A stretch of DNA of 63,967 nucleotides, filler included, from Octopus bimaculoides (lineage: Eukaryota), in NCBI RefSeq assembly GCF_001194135.2. It is 5 parts of 5 records of this genome, joined end to end, with 100 filler letters (N's around TTAATTAATTAA, not from the genome) between each part and the next. Parts side by side here need not be neighbours in the genome. Positions count along the whole stretch, not along the records: positions 30,125 to 52,670 come from NC_068990.1; positions 52,771 to 60,191 come from NC_068982.1; positions 60,292 to 62,737 come from NW_026428429.1; positions 62,838 to 63,967 come from NW_026310174.1; 1 more part is not named here. One strand, written 5' to 3'. The position numbers were made by a program, and so were the translations under genes. Shown one piece after another: positions 50,344-63,714 of the stretch. The notes beneath the pieces were generated by a model, which saw only the letters and a list, made by a program, of their open reading frames with translations, was not told the DNA's origin and did no database searches. Numbering within the stretch: the first letter of the stretch is position 1; the number at the start of each line of letters is the position of its first letter.

Positions 50344-53300
50344 AAAACGAACACACGTGTGTTGCCTCTGCAAAATGTCAGAAGTAATGGAGATTAAATA
50401 CGCTTTACACCGCTTAAACTGCCAAAGTAGTAAGTGTAAACAGCTGAATACTTGTCAGTGATTGGTTGAAATTATCGAAATAAGACAATTTTTTTACATG
50501 AAATAAATTCGAATACAAAAATTATTTTCTGTTCTATAACACAAAATAGATAAGTATACGAAGTTTGAAAGTCTTTCGGTACCAAAAACACTACGTAAAA
50601 CATAAATGAAAACTGGTGCCCCCGTTTTGAACAGGATCCTAGTAATTTTCTAATCTCTAATCTGGCATGAAAATTAATTGGTAGATATATCGATGTACAT
50701 GCGTATGAGTATCTCTTCAGCTGTGCTTGATCCAAATATGCATGTTCTATTTCTGTATGAAATTATTCAAACAACTTGAAAGTAAGTTACAGCTGAATGA
50801 CCTATATTAATTAACTGAGTGATAATTCAGCTAAAACAATTGCAAATGCATAAAGACAAAGGCATAGACTCTTCGTTAGTCATGCATCACAAAATGTATC
50901 GTCTATAAAATAGTGGTTACTTCTATCAGAGCAAGCATTGTGCACAAATAGTATGTCAATATGTTGTAAGATAACTTCAAGTAGTGATATGTCACCCATG
51001 CATCTAAGAGAGACATAACTCAACTGTCTGATTACATCTTAACATTCGACATATAGTAGAAGATTCTCGAAAGATATAAAGCGTAGCGAAATTAAACAAA
51101 TCTCTTCAGATTTTACAATTCTGTTGACCTTTTAATTGACTTATAAGAGACCATGAGTAAATGCTGTCATTTAAATAGATATCTGCCGAAATACCACCAC
51201 ATGAAAGATTTGATCAACATGCAGATATTTACTAAGAACATTCTCACACCCACATTCTTTCAGCATACTCGCTATAACCTTCATTCTTAACCCTACTTTT
51301 ACAGCCCTAAAATGAGAATTGTTTTACATCATTAGTTAATTTAAATTCAATGTATCCAGAAATTATTTCAATTTCCTCACACCTAAAATGAGATACTTAC
51401 ATTCCCAGGAACTCAAATGTGTATTATATATAGAGGCATATATATTTTTTCTAACATACTTCTCTACTTCTTATTTTCAGTTAAGGAGAAATTTCCACCT
51501 CACACCACTTACAAGTAGCAAGTATTTCTGTATCATCAAAAATGACAGCTGTTTTATACATTATTATGAATATTATTTTTGCTTCAAAATTCTTAATGAA
51601 ACCATTGATAAATTTCTAATCGCAAATACATCATATTTTCTATTGAACAGTAAATTATTATACTTTGGTCTTAGGCAAATATCTAAGGTCATTAATTTGT
51701 AAATGTGCTAGTACTTGCTTCGTGTCGAAAATGATGGGGCAAAACTATATATTAGACCATCCTCTTAAAGGTTACATCTGTCTCTTAAGCAATTATTCTA
51801 CTCTTTTTGGGTTTTTTCTTTTTTGAGCCACATAAATTTTATAAACTTTTCCAGTTATTTTTACAGAGATGTTTGAAGAGAGAAAAGTCGCCTATTTTGT
51901 ACAAGACCTCGTAAATTCAGAATATTACTTCTTACTCTCACATATTGCCACAACTAATCTTAACTTACAAACAAAATGCAACCATAAATAAATAAATAAT
52001 CATGTCTTTGGCCAGCTTTGTTATTGATTTCAGGAAAGTTAGATTGCCAGATAGCCATACATAAATAGCTAAACGATCAATTGAATTTAGCATCGATATA
52101 TATACTGTCAAAAAGCGACAACTTTTTCTTTTTATTTACAACATTTTTGCTTGTCCACATAACGGTTTAATAATATTTCTATAAATTTAATTAAAAATGT
52201 TGCTACTATATATACAAAAGATATTACAGTAATATTCACAAAACGTTGAAATAGCTATATGTGACAAGTATTATTCTTGACTATTTTTATTGCAACATTC
52301 ATATTAAAACTACAAGCTCCATGAAAAATTCAAGTTTTCTATCGATATTTATCAATGTGTAACGATATTTTCTGTTTCCTGTCCTTCTTAAAAGCAGCAC
52401 AAAGCTGATGTTTTACTCCAGTCCATTCAATTCACTTCTCTCTGAATCGTTTTCCCATCTGCCACACAAGATAGTACAATGAGCGCATTAACTCTCCCTC
52501 CAATTTCATCTTACTTTTGCTGTCACACACTCTCTCTTTCCATATTTGTCACCTGGCTGACAGCTGATTCCAATATATGTCCTTAGCATGACAGTGAACA
52601 GATGCATGTAGCCCTTTACATTTCTGCTTGCTTACTCACACACACATATACATACTATATATATATATATNNNNNNNNNNNNNNNNNNNNNNNNNNNNNN
52701 NNNNNNNNNNNNNNTTAATTAATTAANNNNNNNNNNNNNNNNNNNNNNNNNNNNNNNNNNNNNNNNNNNNCATATATATATATATATATATACACACAAA
52801 CACACATATAAATAGTGTTACCAAAAATACAGAATACTAACATGCATTAACATTCAACAGAGAGATACACTAATTTGCATGTTTGTTCATGGAACACGGA
52901 TCCTAAAGGCAAGTAAGGCAACTGTTATACATTACAGTATAACCGCAAACTTAACCTGTTAGCATATCACCAAATATAAGCTAATCAGCTAAGCAAAATG
53001 TGAATATGGCTTAGTAATAAAATTATGCCAAGATATTATCTGTAAAATTAGAGGAGCAACCTGACTAACTACATATTTATTGATTCAGTGTGACAAAGAA
53101 GTATCTTCGTGCAAATTCACACAACCTTCTATCGTAGAATTGCATACTTTGATCATAAACCACATCCCTGGAAAAGTACTGGATTTCGTGAGGACATTCA
53201 CTACTATGAGGGATCACTAGTAATCATAATATATTGGATATTATGGTATATAACTTTGGGTAATGAAGGAAAATGAACAACTTTTCGAAATTACACATGA

Positions 53301-54082
53301 GATGTTATGTCGGAGAAGAGACATGTCAACTATATATTCTAGATGAATAAAACAAGGTATCCTAACACTTTTGTATAAAAAATGTAAAAATTTCAAAGAT
53401 TTCAGCCAGAATGATCAAAGCCATCCTAACCATAGTAAATATTTAAAACATAAAATTGACTCTAACCACAGGAAAAAGTATTCCCCTAGAAAATTTAACG
53501 AAGTACTGCTATATATAAACATGTATGTTATCTACCAATTTTCGGTAATAAAGAAGCTTGGCAATAACATAACCCGGAACGTCTGCAAAGTGTCATCCAA
53601 GAAAATAATATTAATCCAAGTAACTCTCTTCAACAACATGTTATAAACAAGCAAATTCAAAGAAAATCTGAATGTCAATCCAAAGCCATGCGTGCGACGC
53701 TGAAACCGAACATATCCAGAAAAAGATAATCACCTGGTTTAACTTGTTCTTCAGTCTAAAAGTAGTGTCGAATGTGGTAAAATAGATTATTAGTACTAAG
53801 CCTCAAACATGTCCCAAACACACATCAAGCTGTTCAATTTTCACAATATAAAAGTTAGCTAGATTTGCACAAGAAACGAAAACACACCTTTTAAACTATA
53901 AACAACCAAATGTATAAAACTAGGTGCCAAAACCCGAAGGCAAATGCAATAGCTACTCATAAATATATACCCGTAAGTGGAAATTATGCAAAGAAAGAAA
54001 TCTTCCAGCAGTATGACTAGATACGAGATGAACTGATCAAAGCTATATTAGAATTTTCCAGGCGATGCACGTCCCTCCCACA

Positions 54083-54114
<32 letters not shown>

Positions 54115-54431
54115 CACACACACATCAAATATACTTAATCTAAAATATTTAACAAGGAAATGTTAAGTCTTTATCAGAGCCAGTTTGAGCCTAAGGGAAA
54201 AATGATAAGAATGTCAAAAATTATATGAATATCTCTTTTGAAATTTTCAATAAATTACAAGCATTTATGTATAAGCCAAAAGACTGCTCCATAATCTATA
54301 AACTTATGCTTCATATACTCAAAATATCGGTGTGAGCGTATATATATATTTTTCATAATACATGTACACGTCATGCTTATGAATAAAAACATACATGAGT
54401 ATGTCTTCATGCTTTTTTACATTTTAGCAAT

Positions 54432-54660
54432 GGGAAGGTGTGTATATGGTTGAGTGGTTAAGAAATTCACTTCATAGTCACGAGGTTTTGATTTGAGCCC
54501 ATCTGTGTCGCACAGTGGGCATGTGATTTCTCTAATAACCTAGACCAACAATTGCCTTCTGCACGCATGCATACGTGCGTGTGTATGCATGTATTTGTGC
54601 ATTCGTCTCCGCTTGACAAGCGACGTTGTTTTGTTTACGTCCCAGCCACTGCATATTTCG
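54432..54660 (+). mobile_element. Old SINE family A copy
   Basis: GGTTGAGTGGTTAAGAA head; CGCTTGACAAGCGACGTTG..TTTACGTCCC body. Confidence 0.55.
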
Positions 54661-55161
54661 TCAATAAGCAACACAGAAATTAATTATCGACGTCCAAATC
54701 TTTCTGTGAAAATATTGCCATCTTATTTGATTTCGGCTGACAGAAAATTGCATAATCCACGTTGTAATGGACAAGGAGTGCAAATGGTTACGTCTTGGAA
54801 ATCCTAGACTCACTGATGTGTTGCACGTCTAAATCGTGTGTTTATTGGTTGTTAAGCGAGTGACCTTGCTTCCAAGCTGCTTACCCAGGCCATATGTAAT
54901 TACGTTACTGACTCTAAGAAGAGGACCGGCCTCTTGGTATTTGAATCCAGGCAACTGGGTAATTAATGGTTTTAAAGATTCAGAACTGCTGCATACAGCA
55001 TTGCATGATCTTCAACAGCAAAGTTGACAGAATTCAGGCATATTCCATACTGTATGTCAGTCTCGTGTAGCTTAAAGCAAGAATTGCATGTTTATAGTTA
55101 TTCACACCGTAAGTCCAGCGTTCTCTTCCCGTCGTCGTTGTTGTCGTGTCGTTGGTAGTGG

Positions 55162-55272
55162 TCTTCTTCTTCTTCTTCTTCTTCTTCTTCTTCTTCTTCT
55201 TCTTCTTCTTCTTCTTCTTCTTCTTCTTCTTCTTCTTCTTCTTCTTCTTCTTCTTCTTCTTCTTCTTCTTCT
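55162..55272. repeat. (CTT)~37 microsatellite
   Basis: Direct observation. Confidence 0.95.
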
Positions 55273-55505
55273 GTATAATTTTTTTGCTTCTTTTCTGTTT
55301 GCATTTGCTGTGGTTGTTGTGGCTGTGACTTTTTTTCCTCCTCCACTTCCTCATCATTATCATAATCACTGGTGCTATAACATCTGCTACTATTGTGGAT
55401 AATGATGATGAAGAAGCAAAAGAGGAAGAGGAAAAGGAGAGGAAGAGGAAAAGGAGAGGAAGAGAGAGGTGAAATAAGAAAGAAAAAATAGTAGTAGTAG
55501 TTATG

Positions 55506-55539
55506 GAAGAAGAAGAAGAAGAAGAAGAAGAAGAAGAAG

Positions 55540-55569
<30 letters not shown>
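55506..55569. repeat. (GAA)~21 microsatellite
   Basis: Direct observation. Confidence 0.95.
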
Positions 55570-55570
<1 letters not shown>

Positions 55571-55912
55571 TTGCCGATGACAATATCCCACATTCTACAT
55601 CCGCGTAGCTTCATTTTCGATTTCGCATTTCGACATTGCATTTATATAAGAGAATGTTTGTTTCTTTCTATGAAAATGTCTAGTAATGTACGTCTTGAGT
55701 AGGAGAATGAATGGACGGTTGATGATCATCAATTCAATATATATATATATCAGCTGATAAAACTATCAAATGCATCAAACCTAATTACACATTCGCCCAC
55801 TCAATCAACTGACCATCAAACCAACCAGCCAAACAAACTTGTTAGATTTCCAGGTAAACAACTATCGAACCATCCGACCTTCCTGACAACCATCAAGTGT
55901 GTGCATGTCCTG

Positions 55913-55921
55913 TATATAAAG
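55913..55921 (+). promoter_or_regulatory. Candidate TATA box
   Basis: TATATAAAG about 50 nt upstream of an ATG in AACATGG context; GTAAACA at 55854-55860. Confidence 0.35.
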
Positions 55922-55963
55922 ACAAGTGCAGTAGTATTGGAGAGTAGTGTTTCTAGACAGAAC

Positions 55964-56029
55964 ATGGCGCTTCTGCTTATTATTCTTTGCTTTCGTGTAC
56001 TATCACCATCAGTTTCCTTCAGTTGGTGG
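55964..56029 (+). CDS. Candidate first coding exon with signal-peptide-like sequence MALLLIILCFRVLSPSVSFSWW
   Basis: Kozak context, hydrophobic N-terminus, possible donors GTGGGT (56026) or GTATCC (56030); no downstream exon identified. Confidence 0.3.
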
Positions 56030-57219
56030 GTATCCTTCCTGCCACCAAAATCTTCCGTAGTGCTTCCCCGTGGCCACATATGATAAATGGATATCATGCG
56101 GTGCTAGTTTAAGCAGTAGGGGTTTCCGAAGCAGCAGTGAACAAAAAAAGTGGATTTTTTTTCCTGACGTCTGTAATCCACTGTACCAGCCATGGGTAAA
56201 GGCCATTGGTAAATGGCATTCAACATCGAATAGCAACCCACTTGGGAAACGGTCACCCCGGACCGAAATCATTGGCGGTACCAGTGCTTAGTTCCGTATT
56301 TGCAGGTCACTCGAATGTTTTGAGGCAACGAGCGGATAAGTGTTAAGCGTAAAATGCCCAGAGCAAGTTTTTCAATGACTTGTGTCACGCGATTCTTAAA
56401 GAGAACTGTAACGATTAACAGTAGCAAGAACATCTGATGCAATGATTCTTCATTTCCTGTGTTTTCACTTGTTGCCTCCAGTCATGTCCTGTGATCTCAA
56501 GTGTTCCCTCCAGGCATATAATATTCTCTCTATTGGTACCTCGAGTATTTTCGCCTCTCCATACTTCTTGTATGGAAAACAGAGACAGCTTCAGGCATCA
56601 ATCGGGAATAGACGTTAAATGTGACGGAGACTGGATCATAAACATTTAAACTTTATATATTGCCTATATATATATATATNNNNNNNNNNNNNNNNNNNNN
56701 NNNNNNNNNNNNNNNNNNNNNNNNNNNNNNNNNNNNNNNNNNNNNNNNNNNNNNNNNNNNNNNNNNNNNNNNNNNNNNNNNNNNNNNNNNNNNNNNNNNN
56801 NNNNNNNNNNNNNNNNNNNNNNNNNNNNNNNNNNNNNNNNNNNNNNNNNNNNNNNNNNNNNNNNNNNNNNNNNNNNNNNNNNNNNNNNNNNNNNNNNNNN
56901 NNNNNNNNNNNNNNNNNNNNNNNNNNNNNNNNNNNNNNNNNNNNNNNNNNNNNNNNNNNNNNNNNNNNNNNNNNNNNNNNNNNNNNNNNNNNNNNNNNNN
57001 NNNNNNNNNNNNNNNNNNNNNNNNNNNNNNNNNNNNNNNNNNNNNNNNNNNNNNNNNNNNNNNNNNNNNNNNNNNNNNNNNNNNNNNNNNNNNNNNNNNN
57101 NNNNNNNNNNNNNNNNNNNNNNNNNNNNNNNNNNNNNNNNNNNNNNNNNNNNNNNNNNNNNNNNNNNNNNNNNNNNNNNNNNNNNNNNNNNNNNNNNNNN
57201 NNNNNNNNNNNNNNNNNNN

Positions 57220-57252
<33 letters not shown>

Positions 57253-57684
57253 GTTCTCGTCGTAAATGTCTGCCATTGACCGTACAACAAACACGGCTAA
57301 TTATATTCACCTTAGTAATTATTAAACTATATAGAATACAATACACCACAGATAAGCGCTCTGCTACTTTAGCAATACTAAAGGAATATTCATTCTCTAT
57401 TCTGATTTTTACTCTTAATGCACGTCTTATAGAGCAAGGCAGGGAAATATTGCTCATGTTGATGGTGGTTATGGTAATAGTGATGGTAGTGAAAGGGGGA
57501 GATGTGGAATGGTCGAGAGGGTTGGCATTGAAAATTCCTTAAATGAAACTCCATTCTTAGCTTCCACTTTCATATATCATTTACCATTTTCTTACCATCT
57601 ACTTTTGAAAAGGGAGGATTTCATAAATACAATCTACATATTGCGTAGTACCCCCTACCTCAGATTTTTGGATATGGAATAGCT

Positions 57685-57749
<65 letters not shown>

Positions 57750-58456
57750 GAATGTGTGTACAAATGTATATATATGTATATATATATGTGTGAGTGTGTG
57801 TGGTGTGTGTGTGTGAGCGCGTATATATTCATATATATGTATATATGTATACATACAGGCACAATATATGTACGTGTGCCCGCTTATACACAGACAGATT
57901 ATATATATATATATATATATGATTATTCATTTTGTATTTATATATTTATTCCTCGAACATATGCATGTGGTATGTACATGCTTCCAACTATTCATCCGCA
58001 TGCGTTTATGCATCTGTCAGCGTGGGCATATATATATGTATATATATATATATATATATATGTATGGTTGGATGGATGTATATGTACGTATGTAGGTATG
58101 TATGCATATGCAGTAGCGTCGTTCTCATGTACTTCGACGCTAGTCTTAATATCATCACAATGAATAATTCCTAAACTAGCTTTTATCCCTTCCACTAAAA
58201 GCATTTCTGAAATGCCTTGTTCCAATGCTCTTATTTCTTCCAATGTGACTGTCATAATTGTTCAGTAATTACCAAAATCTCTGCGCTGCTCATTATAATT
58301 CAACATTAAATGCAAAGCATAATGTGTTACTGATTGCAATGCATTAAACACAGGTGTACACACGCATATAATACGCAAACACAATGAACTCATGACATAT
58401 TCATATATATGCATATATATATGTGCATATATATATGTATGTATCTCTCTCCCCTT

Positions 58457-58533
<77 letters not shown>

Positions 58534-59571
58534 TTATANNNNNNNNNNNNNNNNNNNNNNNNNNNNNNNNNNNNNNNNNNNNNNNNNNNNNNNNNNNNNN
58601 NNNNNNNNNNNNNNNNNNNNNNNNNNNNNNNNNNNNNNNNNNNNNNNNNNNNNNNNNNNNNNNNNNNNNNNNNNNNNNNNNNNNNNNNNNNNNNNNNNNN
58701 NNNNNNNNNNNNNNNNNNNNNNNNNNNNNNNNNNNNNNNNNNNNNNNNNNNNNNNNNNNNNNNNNNNNNNNNNNNNNNNNNNNNNNNNNNNNNNNNNNNN
58801 NNNNNNNNNNNNNNNNNNNNNNNNNNNNNNNNNNNNNNNNNNNNNNNNNNNNNNNNNNNNNNNNNNNNNNNNNNNNNNNNNNNNNNNNNNNNNNNNNNNN
58901 NNNNNNNNNNNNNNNNNNNNNNNNNNNNNNNNNNNNNNNNNNNNNNNNNNNNNNNNNNNNNNNNNNNNNNNNNNNNNNNNNNNNNNNNNNNNNNNNNNNN
59001 NNNNNNNNNNNNNNNNNNNNNNNNNNNNNNNNNNNNNNNNNNNNNNNNNNNNNNNNNNNNNNNNNNNNNNNNNNNNNNNNNNNNNNNNNNNNNNNNNNNN
59101 NNNNNNNNNNNNNNNNNNNNNNNNNNNNNNNNNNNNNNNNNNNNNNNNNNNNNNNNNNNNNNNNNNNNNNNNNNNNNNNNNNNNNNNNNNNNNNNNNNNN
59201 NNNNNNNNNNNNNNNNNNNNNNNNNNNNNNNNNNNNNNNNNNNNNNNNNNNNNNNNNNNNNNNNNNNNNNNNNNNNNNNNNNNNNNNNNNNNNNNNNNNN
59301 NNNNNNNNNNNNNNNNNNNNNNNNNNNNNNNNNNNNNNNNNNNNNNNNNNNNNNNNNNNNNNNNNNNNNNNNNNNNNNNNNNNNNNNNNNNNNNNNNNNN
59401 NNNNNNNNNNNNNNNNNNNNNNNNNNNNNNNNNNNNNNNNNNNNNNNNNNNNNNNNNNNNNNNNNNNNNNNNNNNNNNNNNCAGTCAAAAGACTGAAACA
59501 AGTAAAAGAGTAAAAGAGTATATATATATGTATATATACATACATATATATATATATGTATATACACACAC

Positions 59572-59616
<45 letters not shown>

Positions 59617-59820
59617 TGTATTCGAATATACGCTTCTATGTATATTTACGCACCCATCCAAACACCCATCTCACCTCCAAACACTCTCTGTCTGTCTGTC
59701 TGTTTGTCTGTCTGTCGGTAGCTTTCTCTCTCTCCTTCTTTCTCTCACTAAAACACGTTATTAGTGCTTCCATAGATATATAAATTGTTATGTATGTATG
59801 TATGTATGTATGTATGTATG

Positions 59821-59862
<42 letters not shown>

Positions 59863-60153
59863 CCTATCTGTCTGTGTATCTACGTTTCTTTATCTTTCTG
59901 CATATATGTATTCGTGAATATGAGTCTGTGTACTTTACAGTCATACATGTGTGAGTGTGTATATACAGACAAGTCTATATTATATATTTGGTATGTATTT
60001 ATATATACATGAATATTGATTATATATTTTGCAAATACATATATGTATGTATTTATTTCTATACATGAATTTAAATTATACATTTTATTCATACTTTATA
60101 TATGTATGTATATACATATAAGTACATACACATATAGTATATATATGTGTGTG

Positions 60154-60191
<38 letters not shown>

Positions 60192-60294
60192 NNNNNNNNN
60201 NNNNNNNNNNNNNNNNNNNNNNNNNNNNNNNNNNNTTAATTAATTAANNNNNNNNNNNNNNNNNNNNNNNNNNNNNNNNNNNNNNNNNNNNCTA

Positions 60295-60338
<44 letters not shown>

Positions 60339-60354
60339 GTTACCTCTACTTATG

Positions 60355-60490
60355 TCCCGGCTAGTCGATTATATCGATACCAGGGCTCAATTGGTGCTTA
60401 TAGTATTGGTCTCTTTTGCCTAAGCGCTAGGTTAATGGGACGTAAACACACCAATACCGGTTCTCAAGCCGTGTGGAGGACAAGCACAGA
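60355..60490 (-). mobile_element. SINE with family A middle joined to family B-like core/tail
   Basis: GGCTAGTCGATTATATCGATACCAG..TTGGTGCTTA (B-like) continues into GGTCTCTTTTGCC..GGGACGTAAACACACC (A-like). Confidence 0.5.
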
Positions 60491-61760
60491 CACGAATATA
60501 CACACACTCAGATATATATATATTTACGTGTGTGTGTATGTGTGCGTGCGAGATGTTTCTATGTGGCCTGCTCGTTTGTTGCACCTTGTTTACCATTTTG
60601 TCCATGTTCTTTTGCCATGTCATGTACCCAGTAATGTATCTATATGTACATGTGGATGAAGGTATATACATACATGTACATATATATGCATATACTCATA
60701 TATTGTTTGTATCACGACAGAACGCACGCGTTAACCTTTATACAGTAAGTTTTAACTATTTTTCTAACGCGACTCTCTCTATTTCTATCTCCCCCTCTCA
60801 TTCTTCCCTCTACTGTTCTTCGCCTCTCCCTGTCACTACTATATCTCTCTCTATCTCTCTCTCTATCTCNNNNNNNNNNNNNNNNNNNNNNNNNNNNNNN
60901 NNNNNNNNNNNNNNNNNNNNNNNNNNNNNNNNNNNNNNNNNNNNNNNNNNNNNNNNNNNNNNNNNNNNNNNNNNNNNNNNNNNNNNNNNNNNNNNNNNNN
61001 NNNNNNNNNNNNNNNNNNNNNNNNNNNNNNNNNNNNNNNNNNNNNNNNNNNNNNNNNNNNNNNNNNNNNNNNNNNNNNNNNNNNNNNNNNNNNNNNNNNN
61101 NNNNNNNNNNNNNNNNNNNNNNNNNNNNNNNNNNNNNNNNNNNNNNNNNNNNNNNNNNNNNNNNNNNNNNNNNNNNNNNNNNNNNNNNNNNNNNNNNNNN
61201 NNNNNNNNNNNNNNNNNNNNNNNNNNNNNNNNNNNNNNNNNNNNNNNNNNNNNNNNNNNNNNNNNNNNNNNNNNNNNNNNNNNNNNNNNNNNNNNNNNNN
61301 NNNNNNNNNNNNNNNNNNNNNNNNNNNNNNNNNNNNNNNNNNNNNNNNNNNNNNNNNNNNNNNNNNNNNNNNNNNNNNNNNNNNNNNNNNNNNNNNNNNN
61401 NNNNNNNNNNNNNNNNNNNNNNNNNNNNNNNNNNNNNNNNNNNNNNNNNNNNNNNNNNNNNNNNNNNNNNNNNNNNNNNNNNNNNNNNNNNNNNNNNNNN
61501 NNNNNNNNNNNNNNNNNNNNNNNNNNNNNNNNNNNNNNNNNNNNNNNNNNNNNNNNNNNNNNNNNNNNNNNNNNNNNNNNNNNNNNNNNNNNNNNNNNNN
61601 NNNNNNNNNNNNNNNNNNNNNNNNNNNNNNNNNNNNNNNNNNNNNNNNNNNNNNNNNNNNNNNNNNNNNNNNNNNNNNNNNNNNNNNNNNNNNNNNNNNN
61701 NNNNNNNNNNNNNNNNNNNNNNNNNNNNNNNATATATATATATATATATATATATATATA

Positions 61761-61790
61761 ACTAGCAGAGATACCCGGCGTTGCTCGTGT
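61761..61790 (+). mobile_element. Helitron/Helentron-like non-autonomous element terminus
   Basis: ACTAGCAGAGATACCCGGCGTTGCTCG after (TA)n resembles remembered ACTAG..CCCGGCGTTGCTCGGG Helitron-type ends. Confidence 0.45.
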
Positions 61791-63445
61791 CACATGGAAT
61801 TGAAGAATTAGACTTTTATATTTTCTCTAATGAACTGGAATATCTATGATTCGAATTTAATCAAATTGGTGATTACTAATTCTAATGGGGGTTCTTTCTC
61901 TCTTTACATCCTATCAAAAATTCTAATCATGACATATTTATCCCATACTACTCATCTTTATGCCCAGATTCCAAAATCCAAATCTTATAAAACCCATTCA
62001 AGGGTTGCACATGGAGCACATGGAGCTCTAAAATGTGGGAGTTAAGGCCCCTACTGGGAAAGGTGTCTTAAAGTCAACCAGAGAAGTTGAATTGTTAGGA
62101 GTCTTTTTTAACTAGTGTCTTATGTCTATTGCTCAAATTTCTTTGAAATCGGAAATATATGTATGTTCACTGGGGTTTGTAAAAGAGAGTAAGGCTAGAG
62201 GAAACCAAAAGACGAATGATCACAATAAGCAGTCAGCTACCCTACCCAAGTCGTTACCACTCCCCAATGTAGGATTCCTCACTATACAGGTGACCAGCAC
62301 AGCCGTAACATGCATTACGGATCTATAGCACTTGGAAGGGTGTGACCCAACTCAAATAAACATTAGCAATTGTGTAACGTGAGGGCTAAAGGGAAATAGA
62401 AGTGGCACTATGCCGATAGGTAACAGAACAGAATAAATTTGCAATCTATAAATCTCTTTGAATGACCAATCACTTATCTGGAAAGGCCCTGAAATCAATG
62501 TTACCATCTGGGGACTATCTCTGACCCAGTGATAATAAAATTACTCAAAGGGGGTCAAAAACCAAATAAATTTACTCAACACTTTGCAACTGAATCAGTG
62601 GAGGCAAAGATGCCTCTACTTTACTTGACAATTTGTGCACCACATTACAGAAATCACAATCTAAGTGTATCTCAAAGCAAAGTCTTGCACTGTTGTACCA
62701 TTGAATTACAAATAACGCTCATCTTTTATGCTCGGGTNNNNNNNNNNNNNNNNNNNNNNNNNNNNNNNNNNNNNNNNNNNNTTAATTAATTAANNNNNNN
62801 NNNNNNNNNNNNNNNNNNNNNNNNNNNNNNNNNNNNNCCGTTTTTTTGTTTTGTTTTTTTCGCTTGTACATGATATGTAAGATAAGAGAAGATACGCAAA
62901 ACAAAAAAAAACAAAAAATATAAAAAAAATGAACTGACTAAAGTAAGATTCTTCAGAATCTTTTCATAGGAAGCATTAGAAGACTTGTGATGGCGTGTTT
63001 TGAAGGTTTTAGCTTCTTTTCACACCGAATTTCACTCCACCTGTTTTCTACGCTCTTTAGATTCAGAAAGATTCATTTCGTTGTTTCGATATAATGACTT
63101 TAGTGAATCGATGCAGAGAGAGGAAGAGAAAGGAGGGGGATAGACTGGGGGAGGGAAATGGAGATAGAAGGAGAGAAAGGGAGGAGAGAGAGACTGGGAA
63201 GAGAAATAGAGAGAGAGAGGAATAGTGAGGGTAAGAGAGGGGGAGAGAAAGAGGAGAAAGGAGGAGAGAGAAGGCGGGTGGATAGAGAATGTGGGAGAGA
63301 AAGCGTGAAAGAAAAGGTGAGAGAGATGGTGATTGAGAAAAGTATGGTGAGAGAGAAAAAGATGGTGAGAGAGAGAGAAATGGTAAGAGAAGAGAGAGAA
63401 GAGAAAGGGCTAGAGAGATTGCGGAAAAGAGAGAAAAACAGAGAT

Positions 63446-63470
<25 letters not shown>

Positions 63471-63484
<14 letters not shown>

Positions 63485-63550
63485 ATGAGAGAGAGAGAGA
63501 TGACATGAGAGAGAGAGAGATGACATGAGAGAGAGAGAGATGACATGAGA

Positions 63551-63560
<10 letters not shown>
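63471..63560. repeat. 20-bp minisatellite (GAGAGAGAGATGACATGAGA)x4 within a long purine-rich tract
   Basis: Direct observation. Confidence 0.9.
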
Positions 63561-63582
<22 letters not shown>

Positions 63583-63714
63583 TAGAGAGAGAGAGATAGA
63601 GAGAGAGAGAAATGGGGAGTGAGAAGAGAAGAGAGAATAGGAAAGAGAGGAGAGAGATCCTGCCAGCTCGCCGCTCTAATGATGATGACGACGATGACGA
63701 TATTACAGATAATG

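Larger units (their letters stand above)
49965..50639. mobile_element. 675-bp non-autonomous DNA transposon, long degenerate TIRs, 8-bp TSD
   Basis: Terminal 28 bp 27/28 identical inverted; inverted homology continues to ~50168/50430; TAGTAATT at 49957-49964 and 50640-50647. Confidence 0.9.
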
